From Ylistrum balloti (Eukaryota): DNA of 64,000 nucleotides. Made by a program: the position numbers and the translations under genes. Of this stretch, positions 1 to 13,500 are shown one piece after another. Every line of letters begins with the position of its first letter. The stretch's first letter is position 1. The notes under the pieces are model-generated. The model saw only the letters and a program-made list of their open reading frames with translations. It was not told the DNA's origin and did no database searches. The stretch covers positions 1 to 64,000 of the forward strand of contig NW_026782322.1 of assembly GCF_031769215.1 (NCBI RefSeq). Direction: 5' to 3'.

Positions 1-3000
1 AGACTGAAAGAATGGAATAATTTGTAATATTATTAATCGGTTGGTCAGTGAAATGACAATGGTTAGCCTGATTAAACATCAATATTTATATAATCAATAT
101 AACGTAATGTGACCGCGGGGAAGCTCATACAAGCTTGGAGTGCAGTGTAATGGAGTAGCTAATTAATGTACAATTAATTTTCTGTCTCGGCGATCGTATA
201 TTATCGTCCTCCTCGCCAGTGTGTACTGATAACACTATCACGCGAGTTCGCCTCGTGTAGCATACATAATCATAGCCATTCAACATTAAGTGCAACACAC
301 CATATCAGTTGCCCGGGAAATTACATAAAAAGTTCACGTGCGAGACGTCATGCACGTGCATAAAATCACAACAAACATTGATCATTAAACTAAAGAGTTA
401 CTGTTGATTATTTTTTCACTCAGTTTTGATAAGTGCTTTGGTACAACATTATATCAATAACATATTACCCACAGGGCCTAAATACAAACAAATAATCTAT
501 TAGCAATATTTAATTGACGATGTGATAAGTTACTATGAAATGGTGTTCATATTCAAATACATATAATAATGTGTTAAATATTGATGTCCTCTTACAGGTA
601 CTGTTTACCTGGAACTTTTGGAGGTTGTAATATCATACGATTTAGATCTAAGAAAATGAAAGTAAATTGTAAGAAATTAAATTTGCAATCATAGCTAATC
701 TTCTGACCTTTCCGTCTAACAGCGCAGAAAGTGATTCCATCTCATTTAGGAATTTGATAGTGATGTGGGTAAACGCTTTATCTGCACACATTAATTACAA
801 AGTCAAGTATGTCCAAGTGAATATTTGGGATAACACGTCGACGTTGGTAAGTTATTTTGACATGTGTGTATTAAAATCTCTATTGGCGTAGGAACTGACT
901 GATTACGGTCGGAAGTTTGCAATATCAAAGTTCTGACGGAGTTTATTAGCAGGATGGGTCAAATCTCTGTTATAGATTTTGTAAAAGTTGAACGTCAAAA
1001 ATTGTTCATCTGAGGAGTGATAGAATTAAGAACTACAATCGTTGTCATAGTTCACCAGCGGGTCGAACAACCGAAATGGTCACACTGACATTTGCAACGG
1101 TTGTACAGAAGTCTGCTTACATGACCATCAGCTCATGCCTTGTACTACAGAAAGCCTGTTGTAAACACGACACACAGAGAAACACGTACAATTAGGTCCT
1201 ATCGAATAATGTTAATTAAAAATAAGCCAGAACATCCTGTCTCTGTTTGGCGTATCATATTCCGGATCTTAAGAATCCGTCATCCCATTTATCATACCCT
1301 AATTTTACACTCCCTGACAACCTTCGTCCAGGATGATACATTTCCTTATCGATATTGACCAATGCAATTTGACCAGTGAGTGACCCGGAGTTTCACACCC
1401 CTAATAATCTCAAGTCGTTAGGGGCTTTATTACTACTTTAATGGGAAACATGTGCAAGTGTGTGGAATTCCACAGATCCAAGCTGCATCCACCTGACAGT
1501 TCTTGAAAGATTTCATGAAGTCGGTTCTACAAAACTAACACATATGTTTGGTATTTAAAATTTACGTGTTTGTGATGCAACACATTTGAAATTTCCCTTC
1601 TGCAAAGCAATCTAGAACAGGCCATTTCTGCTCTAGAAGAAAATGGAACCGTTGTGTTTTGGTGTCAGGAGTATGTAAGCTTAAGGATGTTGAAAACAAC
1701 CTTAGAATCGTTTCCTTCGTTGTTAACGCCGAGACGAAGACAAACATATTACATAGGAACTAGAAATAGAAAAACACATAGAGATTGTACAACTCACACA
1801 AGTAGTGAGCTTTTTTGTGCTAATTTAGATTAAGATACAGAAGAGCCAAACAATTAATAAATATCCACTATACAGCTATTTTATCTTTCTAAGACTCATT
1901 AGTGACGTTAAGGGCATACGTTTTGATGTCTAGGAGGCGACTAAGGAAAATACATAATGGTCGAGAAAAGTCAAAATCTGGATGGGAAGGTGCACTGTCC
2001 ACATAATGCAATGAATGATTTTCATATTTGCCATAATGTTAGAAGAATGTCAGTTACATGTGTAACCGTGCCTCAATTCAAATTAAAATGGAATGAAATA
2101 AAGCGTAGTATACAAGGTTCGGCAAACATGGTGACTAAAAGTTCACCAGCTGTGTCGAACGTCACCACAGTAGAACAAGTAGTACAGGGTACAGTGACAA
2201 TACAAAATGACATAAACTACATCAAAACGTTGACACACGAAGTAAAATGAAAACAGGGGCAGAAAACCAAAACGGGCGTTACGTTAACGTCTTTTTTCAT
2301 CAAAGAAGTCTTGCAAGAATTTGTCAACAGGTTATGTGAATTGTGTTCGTGTTAGAATAATGAAAGCCCTCAGTAACGTTTTGATTAGGTTGACTTGTAT
2401 CAAGGTCCGCCCCGGGGATGTATACGTTCTTCTGGTATGGACCTGCATGCTTGAACGTCAGTGATAAAATTGACTGATACCAGTCATTTGGAGCATGGTT
2501 TAGGAAGCTGAAAATGAAAGAAAAAGTTTGGTAAATATAAAGATATAAAATCTTATATATATCCTAAATATAAGTGTAGTATCTATGTTTATTCCGGTCT
2601 ATTTGAAGGGTCATCCATCAATATCAGAAAACGTTACACGGTGGGGAATTAGTTGTAAGTAAACCTCTTATAGCCTACAAATTTAAGGCAACAGTTTCAT
2701 CATTTTTTTAATGGGTACCAATTAGTGTTCCAGAAACTGTCTACTTAGTAACCGTAAGTAAATAAATACACGTGCAGGATTACTTTGGACTTGTCGTAAA
2801 TACCAGGAGACGGTCGATTTAGGTGCACTTAGCATGTGCATATGCACATTCTGGTGCACATGGTAAAGGGGCAACAGGTACGTATGAATCAAATAAAAAA
2901 TATCTTTATCCAAAATAATATCTTTATTGACTTATATGCTTGTCGTGCTTCGAAATCTTATTCACTCTCGGAGCACTCCTGAGTAAAAAATCATATATAT

Positions 3001-3112
3001 ATAATAGATTGGTGCTAACGGACAATCGATTCAATAGCTCACTAATTACATTTTGGTCAAGATGGTCCATTACTTGGTTAACTAGTTGGCACGAAAAGAC
3101 TTTACAAAATGC

Positions 3113-3680
3113 AACATGGAGATGATGATCCCGTACTTGACTCACTGTGACGTGGAGATGATGACCCCGTACTTGACTCACTGTGACGTGGAGATGATGA
3201 CCCGTGCTTAAGTCACTATGACGTGGAGATGATGGCCCCGAACTTGACTCACTGTGAGGTGGATATGATGACCCCGTACTTGACTCACTGTGACGTGGGG
3301 ATGATGCCCCCATACTTGACTCACTGTGAGGTGGATATGATGACCCCGTATTTGACTCACTGTGACGTGAAGATGATGACCGCGTACTTGACTCACTGTG
3401 ACGTGGAGATGATGACCGCATACTTGACCCATTGTGACGTTGATATGATGACCCGTGCTTGACTCACTGTGATGTGGAGATGATGGCCCCGAACTTGATT
3501 CACTGTGACGTGGAGATGATGACCCCGTACTAGACTCACTTTGACGTGGAGATGATGACCCCGTATTTGACTCACTGTGACGTGGAGATAATGTCCCGTG
3601 CTTGACTCACTGTGAGGTGGATATGATGACCCCGTACTTGACTCACTGTGACGTGGAGATGATGACCCGTGCTTCATTCA
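3113..3680. repeat. 36-bp minisatellite, about 15.5 copies (GAGATGATGACCCCGTACTTGACTCACTGTGACGTG)
   Basis: Direct tandem units with a 35-36 bp period, read from the sequence. Explains ORFs 2924-3421, 3208-3432, 3223-3462 and 3393-3677. Confidence 0.95.
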
Positions 3681-4560
3681 TCGTGAAGATGACCCCCCTT
3701 CCTGGCTCAATGTAACGATGTTGCCATACTTTCGTGACTACACGTTTCCAACGCGACAAGTGTAGATATAAATGTATCATGCCTTCCATACTATCTCGGT
3801 TCCGTTTGCGCTCATTATAGGTGATAACATTTACACCTACTGTCTTTCACACGAAGTCCCTCATGGTGCTTTGAAGCATTGCGGAAGAACATGAGAGACA
3901 TATTTATATTGATAATTTTATCCTTTTGTTGGGTCGATCTTGACCTGCTGATGAACTGCTTTAACATTGCTAGGACTTTGATGATTATCAGTGTCTTTGA
4001 AGCTCACCTCGAACGTCTCGAAAGAAGTCAAGCGTTTCACTGACATGAATCAAATAATAATCAAATTGAATGCGGAACAGACGGTACGGACTATCTTTGA
4101 TTAACTGACATAAATAATTCATTGCGGTATGTACTACACTCGCTACAAAATATCATGACAATGTACCGAAGGTATGTTTATAGCTCGACTGGTCTTGAAC
4201 CAATTAATCATCTGTAACATTAAACAGCACTCAAGTTTTTTTTGTTAAAAAAATAATCAGTCAAAGTAAAATGGAGGATGATTTGTTTTGACAGCAGCCA
4301 TATTGTCTTCTTTCCCGTCACCTGAAGCGTGTCTTCAGAATGGCGATGTTTTTGTTTTTGTTTTTTTTGTTTTTTGTTTTGTTTTGTTTTTAAAAAGAGT
4401 AATACCGTCAAAGAGTATATATTTTTATGTTCAGTTTTTTTATTAATTAATGCTATCCAAACAAACATTTGAGTGATACCAGAAATTAAAACAGAAGTAA
4501 TGGAGGTCGTTTTGCTACATCAAGCGCTGTACCAAAAGGCGCCGCCTGTTATTCTTATAC

Positions 4561-7500
4561 ATGATCGTTTCTTCACCCTCCACTAGTCATGTTCAGGTCG
4601 AGGTAAGAAAGACTATGGAATATACCAATGTTGCATTCAATCTTATTTGTTATCGAGCAAACCCAGTCTTTCAAAGATAGAATTTCAGAGAACGCACATT
4701 TTTTCAACAGGGATTTAAGACTATGTGGCAATTTTTGTAATGTTATCATTTTCCAAACAATAAACTAATTAGTTATTTATCACTGACCATAAAGGTTGCC
4801 GTGAAACTGTATGTTGAGAGAGGACTGCTGTTTATCTGGAAAGAATGTTTATGAGTTTATATAGTTATGTCCCCGGTAACATTGTAGATAAACCACACAC
4901 AAGCTGCTAGATAGGTCAAACTCGTTCATAGTCTTGGCGATGAATGCACACAACAACGAATAATGATTGCTGAAATTATAACTTTGGACAACAATACTTA
5001 AAACAAAGAAGCCTTTGGTTTAGAAATCCCGGAACATTTGCTAGAACGGAACGTCCAGAGGAGGTACCGAACATGCTTGTGTATTTGCATGGTACATGTA
5101 GAAGAGGTGCCGAACATATGGAAATATGATGTGCACAATTTGCCTTTGAACAGGCGTACCCATTATCAGAAATCTCCCTTAATTCATTTTCATGAAAGAA
5201 ACGTTTGATTTGAAGATGGTTGCCTTTATCTCTACTACAGGTCAAATCTTGTATCGTTCGGAATATTTCACGTATGCGTGTGAAGTTACAAAAAACTCAA
5301 AACAGCATTCCTTTGGTATTAAGAACTCCTCGTCTGCTACTTTAAAACAAAAATGAAAAAAAAAACTGGTTTAGAGAGTACATTGTTTGCTAAGAGAACA
5401 TTTTCAAACAAAACCCTTCATGTAAAAAGTGTACTGTCTGCCATTCTGTTTATATTGCGGCATAATGACTAGCACATATCTATTTTGTATGTATTGAGTT
5501 TATTACTTTCTCTTGAAAGCTCCATTTTTTTTACATGCAACTGACCGAAAATGAATTCCACAATCATTCTCTCTTTGATAAGTTCATCTACTTTCGAGAT
5601 TTCAGAAGACATATATTAATTTTCCGTAGCGTGGCGGCCATCGAGGTTTATTTCATGGCAGACATTTTGAAGTACCAACATGTAGCTTGTTAGTATGGAC
5701 AGGTGCTTGACAATCAAGTATCCGTAAAACGACTGGGACACTCAGAATGTATTGTGTTTTAATAACTAAGTGCTTTTATCTCATACCAACAAGTGTAATC
5801 AACATTCCAATGTCTGTATGCTATTGGTTAATAATTCGTAGTTTTTTTTTAGAAAACAAAACATTTTGTCCCAACTTGTCTCTAAAGCCCCTTGTTTTCC
5901 TGTCTATTCATTAGTTGCGTTAAGTATTTGTGGCCCGTTCTAAAGTATGCGTAATAAAGTATCCCTGCTTTCAAAACAGAGCCAGACCAAAACTCACACG
6001 TCATTGGTCGATTTCTAGTATATTGGCGACCAATGAGACAAGATCCTTTGTCACATGACTGATTTTTCAGTCCATTGAACCATATAAACAACATCTTTGG
6101 AGCGTTATTTTCATCAATAGACGATCGAGACGCCATGATTAAATGTAATATGTGATACTTGGTATCAAAATAATAAAAAATACTTTATATAATTCAATCC
6201 TCAAGTGCAGCTTAAATGATTACATCCAACATATAATTGTTTTTACATAATCAGTATGAGAGCGTATTATTTATCCAATCCTGTACTTGAAATAAAAGCT
6301 TGTTGATAGTATAACCCGATTCAACTGATGAACAATTTGACATTCACGTGACAGTCAATCAAATTTTATGATTGTCTTTCAACCTGGTTCTAGAATGGAA
6401 TGATGAGAAACACCAGGGATTCATCGTCAATGGTCGTTCAAAATGATACGGGAGGTCACCACTTTGATTTCTTAGTCTGTGCCATCATAATTGCAGCAGA
6501 TTAAAGACGACATCATCTGGAGCCCGGATGTCTCGAGAAAGGCTATTCTAGCCTCCTGGAGGAGCCTAGGTGTAGGACCGGCGATTACCGTAATCTATTT
6601 AGTACCTCATCTAGCATCCTTACTTTATCGTCATTTGGAATTTTTATCACCTGTTAAAACACCATTGGCTGTTGAAATTTAATTAATGTCACAATCAACC
6701 ACAAGGTTCCCATTAAAATTGTGTCACTCGCCCAGATAGAGTTTTTAGTTGATTGCAATTATCACTTACTCTTAATGGTTTTTAAACTTCAAAAACAGGA
6801 ATTTCATTCGATTTATTGTTAGCAGAATAGTTCATTACGAAATTCTATCCTCTTCAAACAACCTTCCTGATCTATCGAGAAATGGAGGGTATCGTCCTTG
6901 AACTGGAATAGAGAATTAAAGACAAAGGTACGAAGCTTTACTTGTGAAAAAATATAAGGATTTTGTGCCAACCCTATTGAAAGTTTGAGTCGTGTAGGAG
7001 AAATTGCATAGAAGAGAAATAGAAAAATATATAAGAGGACGAACAACCTGACACCAACTTTACCTATTTATTATACTGCAACAAAATCATAAACATTATC
7101 TGCTGGTTCTTTTTCATCGTCATCACTTTGTGTATACTTTCCAAATGTGTCATCTTTTCGTGTGTACCTTCTCGATGTGTCATCAGTTCTTGTGTGCCTT
7201 TCAAATGTGCCAATAATTCTTGTGAATCCTTTTCAAATTATCCTCTGTGCCTTCATATACGTTTTTGAGCACAAGATGTTTTTGAAATGCCACATTGCCG
7301 ATTCAAGTAAATCTTCCCTTACCATTTACAAAAAAAATAAATGTTAGAATTTATGTTTCCATCATAATAGTGTCTCTTGTTTTTTTAGGTATCGGCCATG
7401 ATATCACACACTCCACGACAGTCCACGGAGAACTCTTCTATCCTGACTCTCCCTCCAACATATCACTCTCCATTCTCAAAAAGAGAGACGGGCGTTGGGG

Positions 7501-10500
7501 CGACGTCACTCAGTACCCCTGCGACACTACCCTTGTGTAAGTACGAAATGCCCTCTACATGACAACGGAAATTGCAATATAAATTATGAGTACATTTGTA
7601 TAAAATTTCGCTTTTCTGCCATGAACTTTGCGTATAAGTAAGAAGCGGAAACATCTATATCGACATTTGTATTAAATGTCTGTCACAAAGGAAAAGTAAC
7701 AAATTATATCTCAAGGAAAAAATGCGCAATTCCCTTGCAAAATTTTCATACAAGTTCAAACAATACAATGCCTTGTTATACCGTTCTACAAAGCAAACTA
7801 TATTGAAGTTTATACCCGGGCATCTTGGCAGTGCTTTCATCATGTAATATGAACAAAGCGCGAACGCATCGTTTCATCACGTGGAATCCTCTTTGAACGA
7901 AGATGAACATGTTATCTTTGATTCTTAAGAAATATGAGCTCAAACAACTGGCCATGTATTAATCACATATCTCAGTACTGCCCGAAACAAAGTGACTACA
8001 CATTAGAAAAGACAGGTGATTTTTTTTATAATGATGAGCTTCTTGATTATTTCGAAACTATGCGTTCAACTTTCAAACGTGATGATCCAGTTGATAACTT
8101 AAACGTATTTCAAGAAATAAGAAGAGAGTCTGTAAGCTGGGGGAACCTGTCTAGATGGATGTTATTTGAAGTAACATTAAACGAACATGATATAATCCAA
8201 TGGCTGAAAGGCTTCAGATAATCTAGTATCAACATTGCTTCAGGATATAGTACATAAATATATGCCCAATACTTTCTTAAAATAACCGAAAGAATTTCTT
8301 CTCTTAGGTGACTACTTAGACTAAATATCGCCTGGATCTGTATTTAAGCTGCACTAAATATGCACTTGTCCTGTATAAAATATTGACCTAAACATGAACA
8401 AGTATGTGCTAGACCTGTACATTATGGTGACTGTCGTCGATGAGTGTTGTTATCATTCAATTTTGTTTCGCCCCCACCTCCCTTTTACCCTAGTTCTGTC
8501 TTAAGTGTTGACGTTGCATCATGTCTTTGTGTACTGCCGCTATGATCCATCTCCTCTGTTTCAATCTAGATAAGGGCATTATATTTCTGTTATTCTGAAT
8601 GGCGTTACTCTGGCCTTGACATGGCTTTATTGCCTGTATGTAAAAAAAAATACAACATTATGAATATAGGTTCAGTATTCATGCACTTGAGGCTTTATAA
8701 TGAACTGTACAACTCTATACATAAAATCTTGTAGGATTTAGGCACCAAAATGTTTAACTGCCCAGACAGATTGCGTTTATCCTGTTAAGCAGTTATTCGT
8801 GAAGCGAGACATTTTGTAAGGCAGACAAATTTGTAAAGAGATGTCGAGTATAATTCTGGATTAGTGGATATTGCAGCAATTCAGCATCTGTATCATCACA
8901 GCCTGGAACGTAGTAGCACTACTCATGTTTTCAGGACCGGAATATATTTTTAAAATGTTAAACGTTTATATATAATTGTGAGGTATTCTCTGTAAGCACA
9001 GACAATTTGTGTGAACACGAGCAGTATGTAATGAGAGATATTAGGAGTAGTTTAGCGGCGTAAACGATACCATGTAGAAATATCATGCATTTCAACAGCC
9101 GACGTTAATTCCAGTGGATTCCTGTGTAAGAATATCCATTTTCATAAAGTAAGGATGACAAATCATTTCTATCTAGCGCAAACACACAACAGTGGAAGAA
9201 AGATTGTGGAGATAATTTTGTTCGTGAAGAATGCCATGCTACAGAATTTCAACCTATCTTTGACAAAAATGTCATCAACTCAAAGTAATCAGTTTTGCGG
9301 GAAAGCCACCCTTCAGGTTAGCGTGCCTCAATAAAAACATCTACAGGCCAGCAATCTTTAATGATAATCTTTTTCACAAAAGCAAATGCCTACAACCCCA
9401 AATATCCATTAAGTCCAGTTTATTAGAGCTAATTCTAAATGTGAATGGGAAGGTGTTATTCACTTGTGTGGAGTAAATCTCTTCATGTCTGCGACTCTAA
9501 ATAATAACATTTAATGATATAAAAAAATTACAATGATCACTCAAAACTAGCAATCCGAAATAAGAATGTCTTTTTTTTGGTCGCATAAAAAGAGATTTCA
9601 AAGCATCAAAACCTTGAATAAAAATCCTTTACTATCTGCAGACACACATTATAAATTATAATTTAAAAAAATAACTTCGTACCAGCAATTCGATGTTATT
9701 TTCTTAATAGCTGAGAAAATCTAAATAATTATCTCAGCATGTCTAAATCAGAATATCTAAGCTCATTAACTCAACATCTTAACGTCAGCATCTCAAGCGT
9801 TTATTTCTTATCGTTAGCAAATCTACACGATAATATCAAAAAGTCAACAACTTGTAGTAAAGTAGTACGCCTAGTAATCCTATATTAGAACAGTCGCCAT
9901 ACTCCTAGTAATCCTATATTAGAACAGTCGCCATACACCTAGTAATCCTATATTAGAACAGTCGCCATACTCCTAGTAAGTAATACGCCTAGTAATCCTA
10001 TATTAGAACAGTCGCCATACACCTAGTAATCCTATATTAGAACAGTCGCCATACACCTAGTAATCCTATATTAGAACAGTCGCCATACTCCTAGTAAGTA
10101 ATACTCCTAGTAATCCTATATTAGAACAGTCGCCATACTCCTACTAATCCTATATTAGAACAGTCGCCATACTCCTAGTAATCCTATAATACGCCTAGTA
10201 ATCATATATTAGAACAGTCGCCATACTCCTAGTAATCATATATTAGAACAGTCGCCATACTCCTAGTAAGTAATACGCCTAGTAATCCTATATTAGAACA
10301 GTCGCCATACTCCTAGTAATCCTATATTAGAGCAGTCGCCATACTCCTGGTAAGTAATACGCCTAGTAATCATATATTAGAACAGTCGCCATACTCCTAG
10401 TAAGTAATACTCCTAGTAATCCTATATTAGAACAGTCGCCATACTCCTAGTAATCCTATATTAGAGCAGTCGCCATACTCCTAGTAATCCTATATTAGAA

Positions 10501-13500
10501 CAGTCGCCATACTCCTAGTAAGTAATACGCCTAGTAATCATATATTAGAACAGTCGCCATACTCCTAGTAATCATATATTAGAACAGTCGCCATACTCCT
10601 AGTAATCATATATTAGAACAGTCGCCATACTCCTAGTAAGTAATACGCCTAGTAATCCTATATTAGAACAGTCGCCATTCTCCTAGTAAGTAATACGCCT
10701 AGTAATCATATATTAGAACAGTCGCCATACTCCTAGTAATCATATATTAGAACAGTCGCCATACTCCTAGTAATCCTATATTAGAACAGTCGCCATACTC
10801 CTAGTAATCCTATATTAGAACAGTCGCCATACTCCTAGTAAGTAATACTCCTAGTAATCCTATATTAGAACAGTCGCCATACTCCTAGTAAGTAATACTC
10901 CTAGTAATCCTATATTAGAACAGTCGCCATACTCCTAGTAATCCTATATTAGAACAGTCGCCATACTCCTAGTAATAATCCTATATTAGAACAGTAATAC
11001 TCCTAGTAATCCTATATTAGATCAGTATTAGAACAGTCGCCATACTCCTAGTAAGTAATACTCCTAGTAATCCTATATTAGAACAGTCGCCATACTCCTA
11101 GTAATCCTATATTAGAACAGTCGCCATACTCCTAGTAAGTAATACTCCTAAGTAATACTCCTAGTAATCCTATATTAGAACAGTCGCCATACTCCTAGTA
11201 ATCCTATATTAGAACAGTCGCCATACTCCTAGTAATCCTATATTAGAACAGTCGCCATTCTCCTAGTAATCATATATTAGAACAGTCGCCATTCTCCTAG
11301 TAATCCTATATTAGAACAGTCGCCATACTCCTAGTAATCCTATATTAGAACAGTCGCCATACTCCTAGTAATCCTATATTAGAACAGTCGCCATACTCCT
11401 AGTAATCCTATATTAGAACAGTCGCCATTCTCCTAGTAATCCTATATTAGAACAGTCGCCATACTCCTAGTAATCCTATATTAGAACAGTCGCCATACTC
11501 CTAGTAATCCTATATTAGAGCAGTCGCCATACTCCTGGTAAGTAATACGCCTAGTAATCCTATATTAGAACAGTCTCCATACGCCTAGTAATCCTATATT
11601 AGAACAGTCTCCATACTCCTAGTAATCATATATTAGAACAGTCGCCATACTCCAGTAATCCATATATTATATCTAATCCATATATTAGAACATACTCCTA
11701 GTAATCCTATATTAGAACAGTCGCCATACTCCTAGTAATCCTATATTAGAACAGTCGCCATACTCCTAGTAATCCTATATTAGAACAGTCTCCATACCCC
11801 TAGTAAGCAATACGCCTTTTGTAATCCTATATTAGAACAATCGCCATACTCCTGGTAAATTATACGCCTAGTAATCCTATATTAGAACAGTCGCCATTCT
11901 CCTGGTAAATTATACGCCTAGTAATCCTATATTAGAACAGTCTCCATACCCCTAGTAAGCAATACGCCTTTTGTAATCCTATATTAGAACAATCGCCATA
12001 CTCCTAGTAAGTAATACTCCTAGTAATCCTATATTAGAACAGTCTCCATACGCCTAGTAATCCTATATTAGAACAGTCTCCATACCCCTAGTAAGCAATA
12101 CGCCTTGTAATCCTATATTAGAACAGTCGCCATACTCCTAGTAAGTAGTACGCTTTCTGTTGTACTTGTTCAAATTATGAATTTTCTATTTTTTGTTGCA
12201 GGGACAGCCTCTTCATCATCGTAAGCGGCCTGTATGCTATGCTTGTCGTTGTGATGGGTTGTGTGATGCCTATAGCGGATATATTTGCTACAAAACCGAT
12301 GCCGTATTTATTTGAGGTGATTCTTATACTCTTGATAATTGCCAGAAATTTCTCGGTTTGATATTACTATCAACAAAGTGACAAAATGATGAAGAATATG
12401 TAATTTTAAAAAAAAAATGTATGCAGAGTCCTTTGTTAATCAGTTTGTTTTGTTTTGCAGGGGTTTTACATATATCTTTATTCTGTGAGCATAATATTCC
12501 TTGTATACGCCTACGTGTATTTGCTGCAAAACAAGACAGTTCGTCTGCGCAAGAAGGTCAAACGACGGATGAACTCACCGGATTCAAATGGGTCCACTTC
12601 CAGTCGGAAGCGGAAGTACTCATTTGATGTATCCCGCACATACAATACCGGAAGTTTCTATCTAAGATTAGGAGCCGTAGGTACGTTGTTGCATTGTAAA
12701 CATGTGGAGAAAGTAAGATGAGTTTTGAAGAAAATTAATATTTAATGACAAATTTAGTTGATGTTTAACAACATTTTATCAAACTTCAACCCAATGATTA
12801 AAGCTCATTTTCAACATTGTTAGCTTTCGGTGTGTTTGGAGTTTTTTACCATATTTTAGCGAAGTAAGAATTTTAATGTTTTAATTTCAGCTTTTGGTGT
12901 TGGGAGTATGATACAGAGCGGCCTTCACTTTGGGCAGTTCTTTTACTCAGAGTCGTTCTCGTCCTGTAGTGACCCTGTCCACGGGGTCAGGCCTCTCCTA
13001 CAGCTCAGCTTTACATTTATACAACTCTACTTTGTCTTCCTCAACTCTAAGGTAAGTACACGTCTTTCATCTTCATCCAATAATCTGTTGAATAGTTTTT
13101 CGTATACAAGGTCTGTCCAGTTATGACACCTGATATGTAATCTGTCGTTGAAAGACTTCCGTTTTCATACATTCAGTTTCCAATGTTGGCCGTCGTTCTT
13201 CCAAACTCCGCTAATGTTTTCAATCATGAATTTCCTTTCTTTATTGGTATTCGTTTTTCGTTGCAACTAAACCATAATGGGTGGACCCAATAGATGCTTT
13301 ATTCATTAAATGATTTTTAAAGAATTGTCCAGACTATAATATTACACCGCAGAGGATAGTAAGATTGTAAAGACAAGGAAATACACCAGACAGCGTTTAA
13401 CATAGGCTCTGATGGATGAAGTCCTCTATGTCCTCCGGTGAAAGGAAAAAAGTCGATCACGTTAGCCATAACAATGATTTACTGGCGACTTTTCACATTT

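Noticed and set aside
1957-2250. 97-aa ORF
   Set aside because: No recognisable domain or splice context; this length is expected by chance.
2924-3677. Ser/His-rich ORFs (HSESSTGSS repeats) as a biomineralisation-type protein
   Set aside because: They are frames of the 36-bp minisatellite, interrupted by 35-bp units that shift the frame; no signal peptide or exon structure.
3113-3680. ATGATGA motifs as C/D-box snoRNAs
   Set aside because: Box C-like ATGATGA recurs only as part of the repeat unit; there is no CTGA box D or terminal stem.
7934-8221. 95-aa ORF inside an otopetrin intron
   Set aside because: No recognisable motif and no phase-compatible splice sites found; a BLASTX search would be needed to rescue it.
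9861-12153. CRISPR-like appearance of a 34-bp repeat array
   Set aside because: Units are directly adjacent with no unique spacers, there are no cas genes, and the context is a eukaryotic intron.
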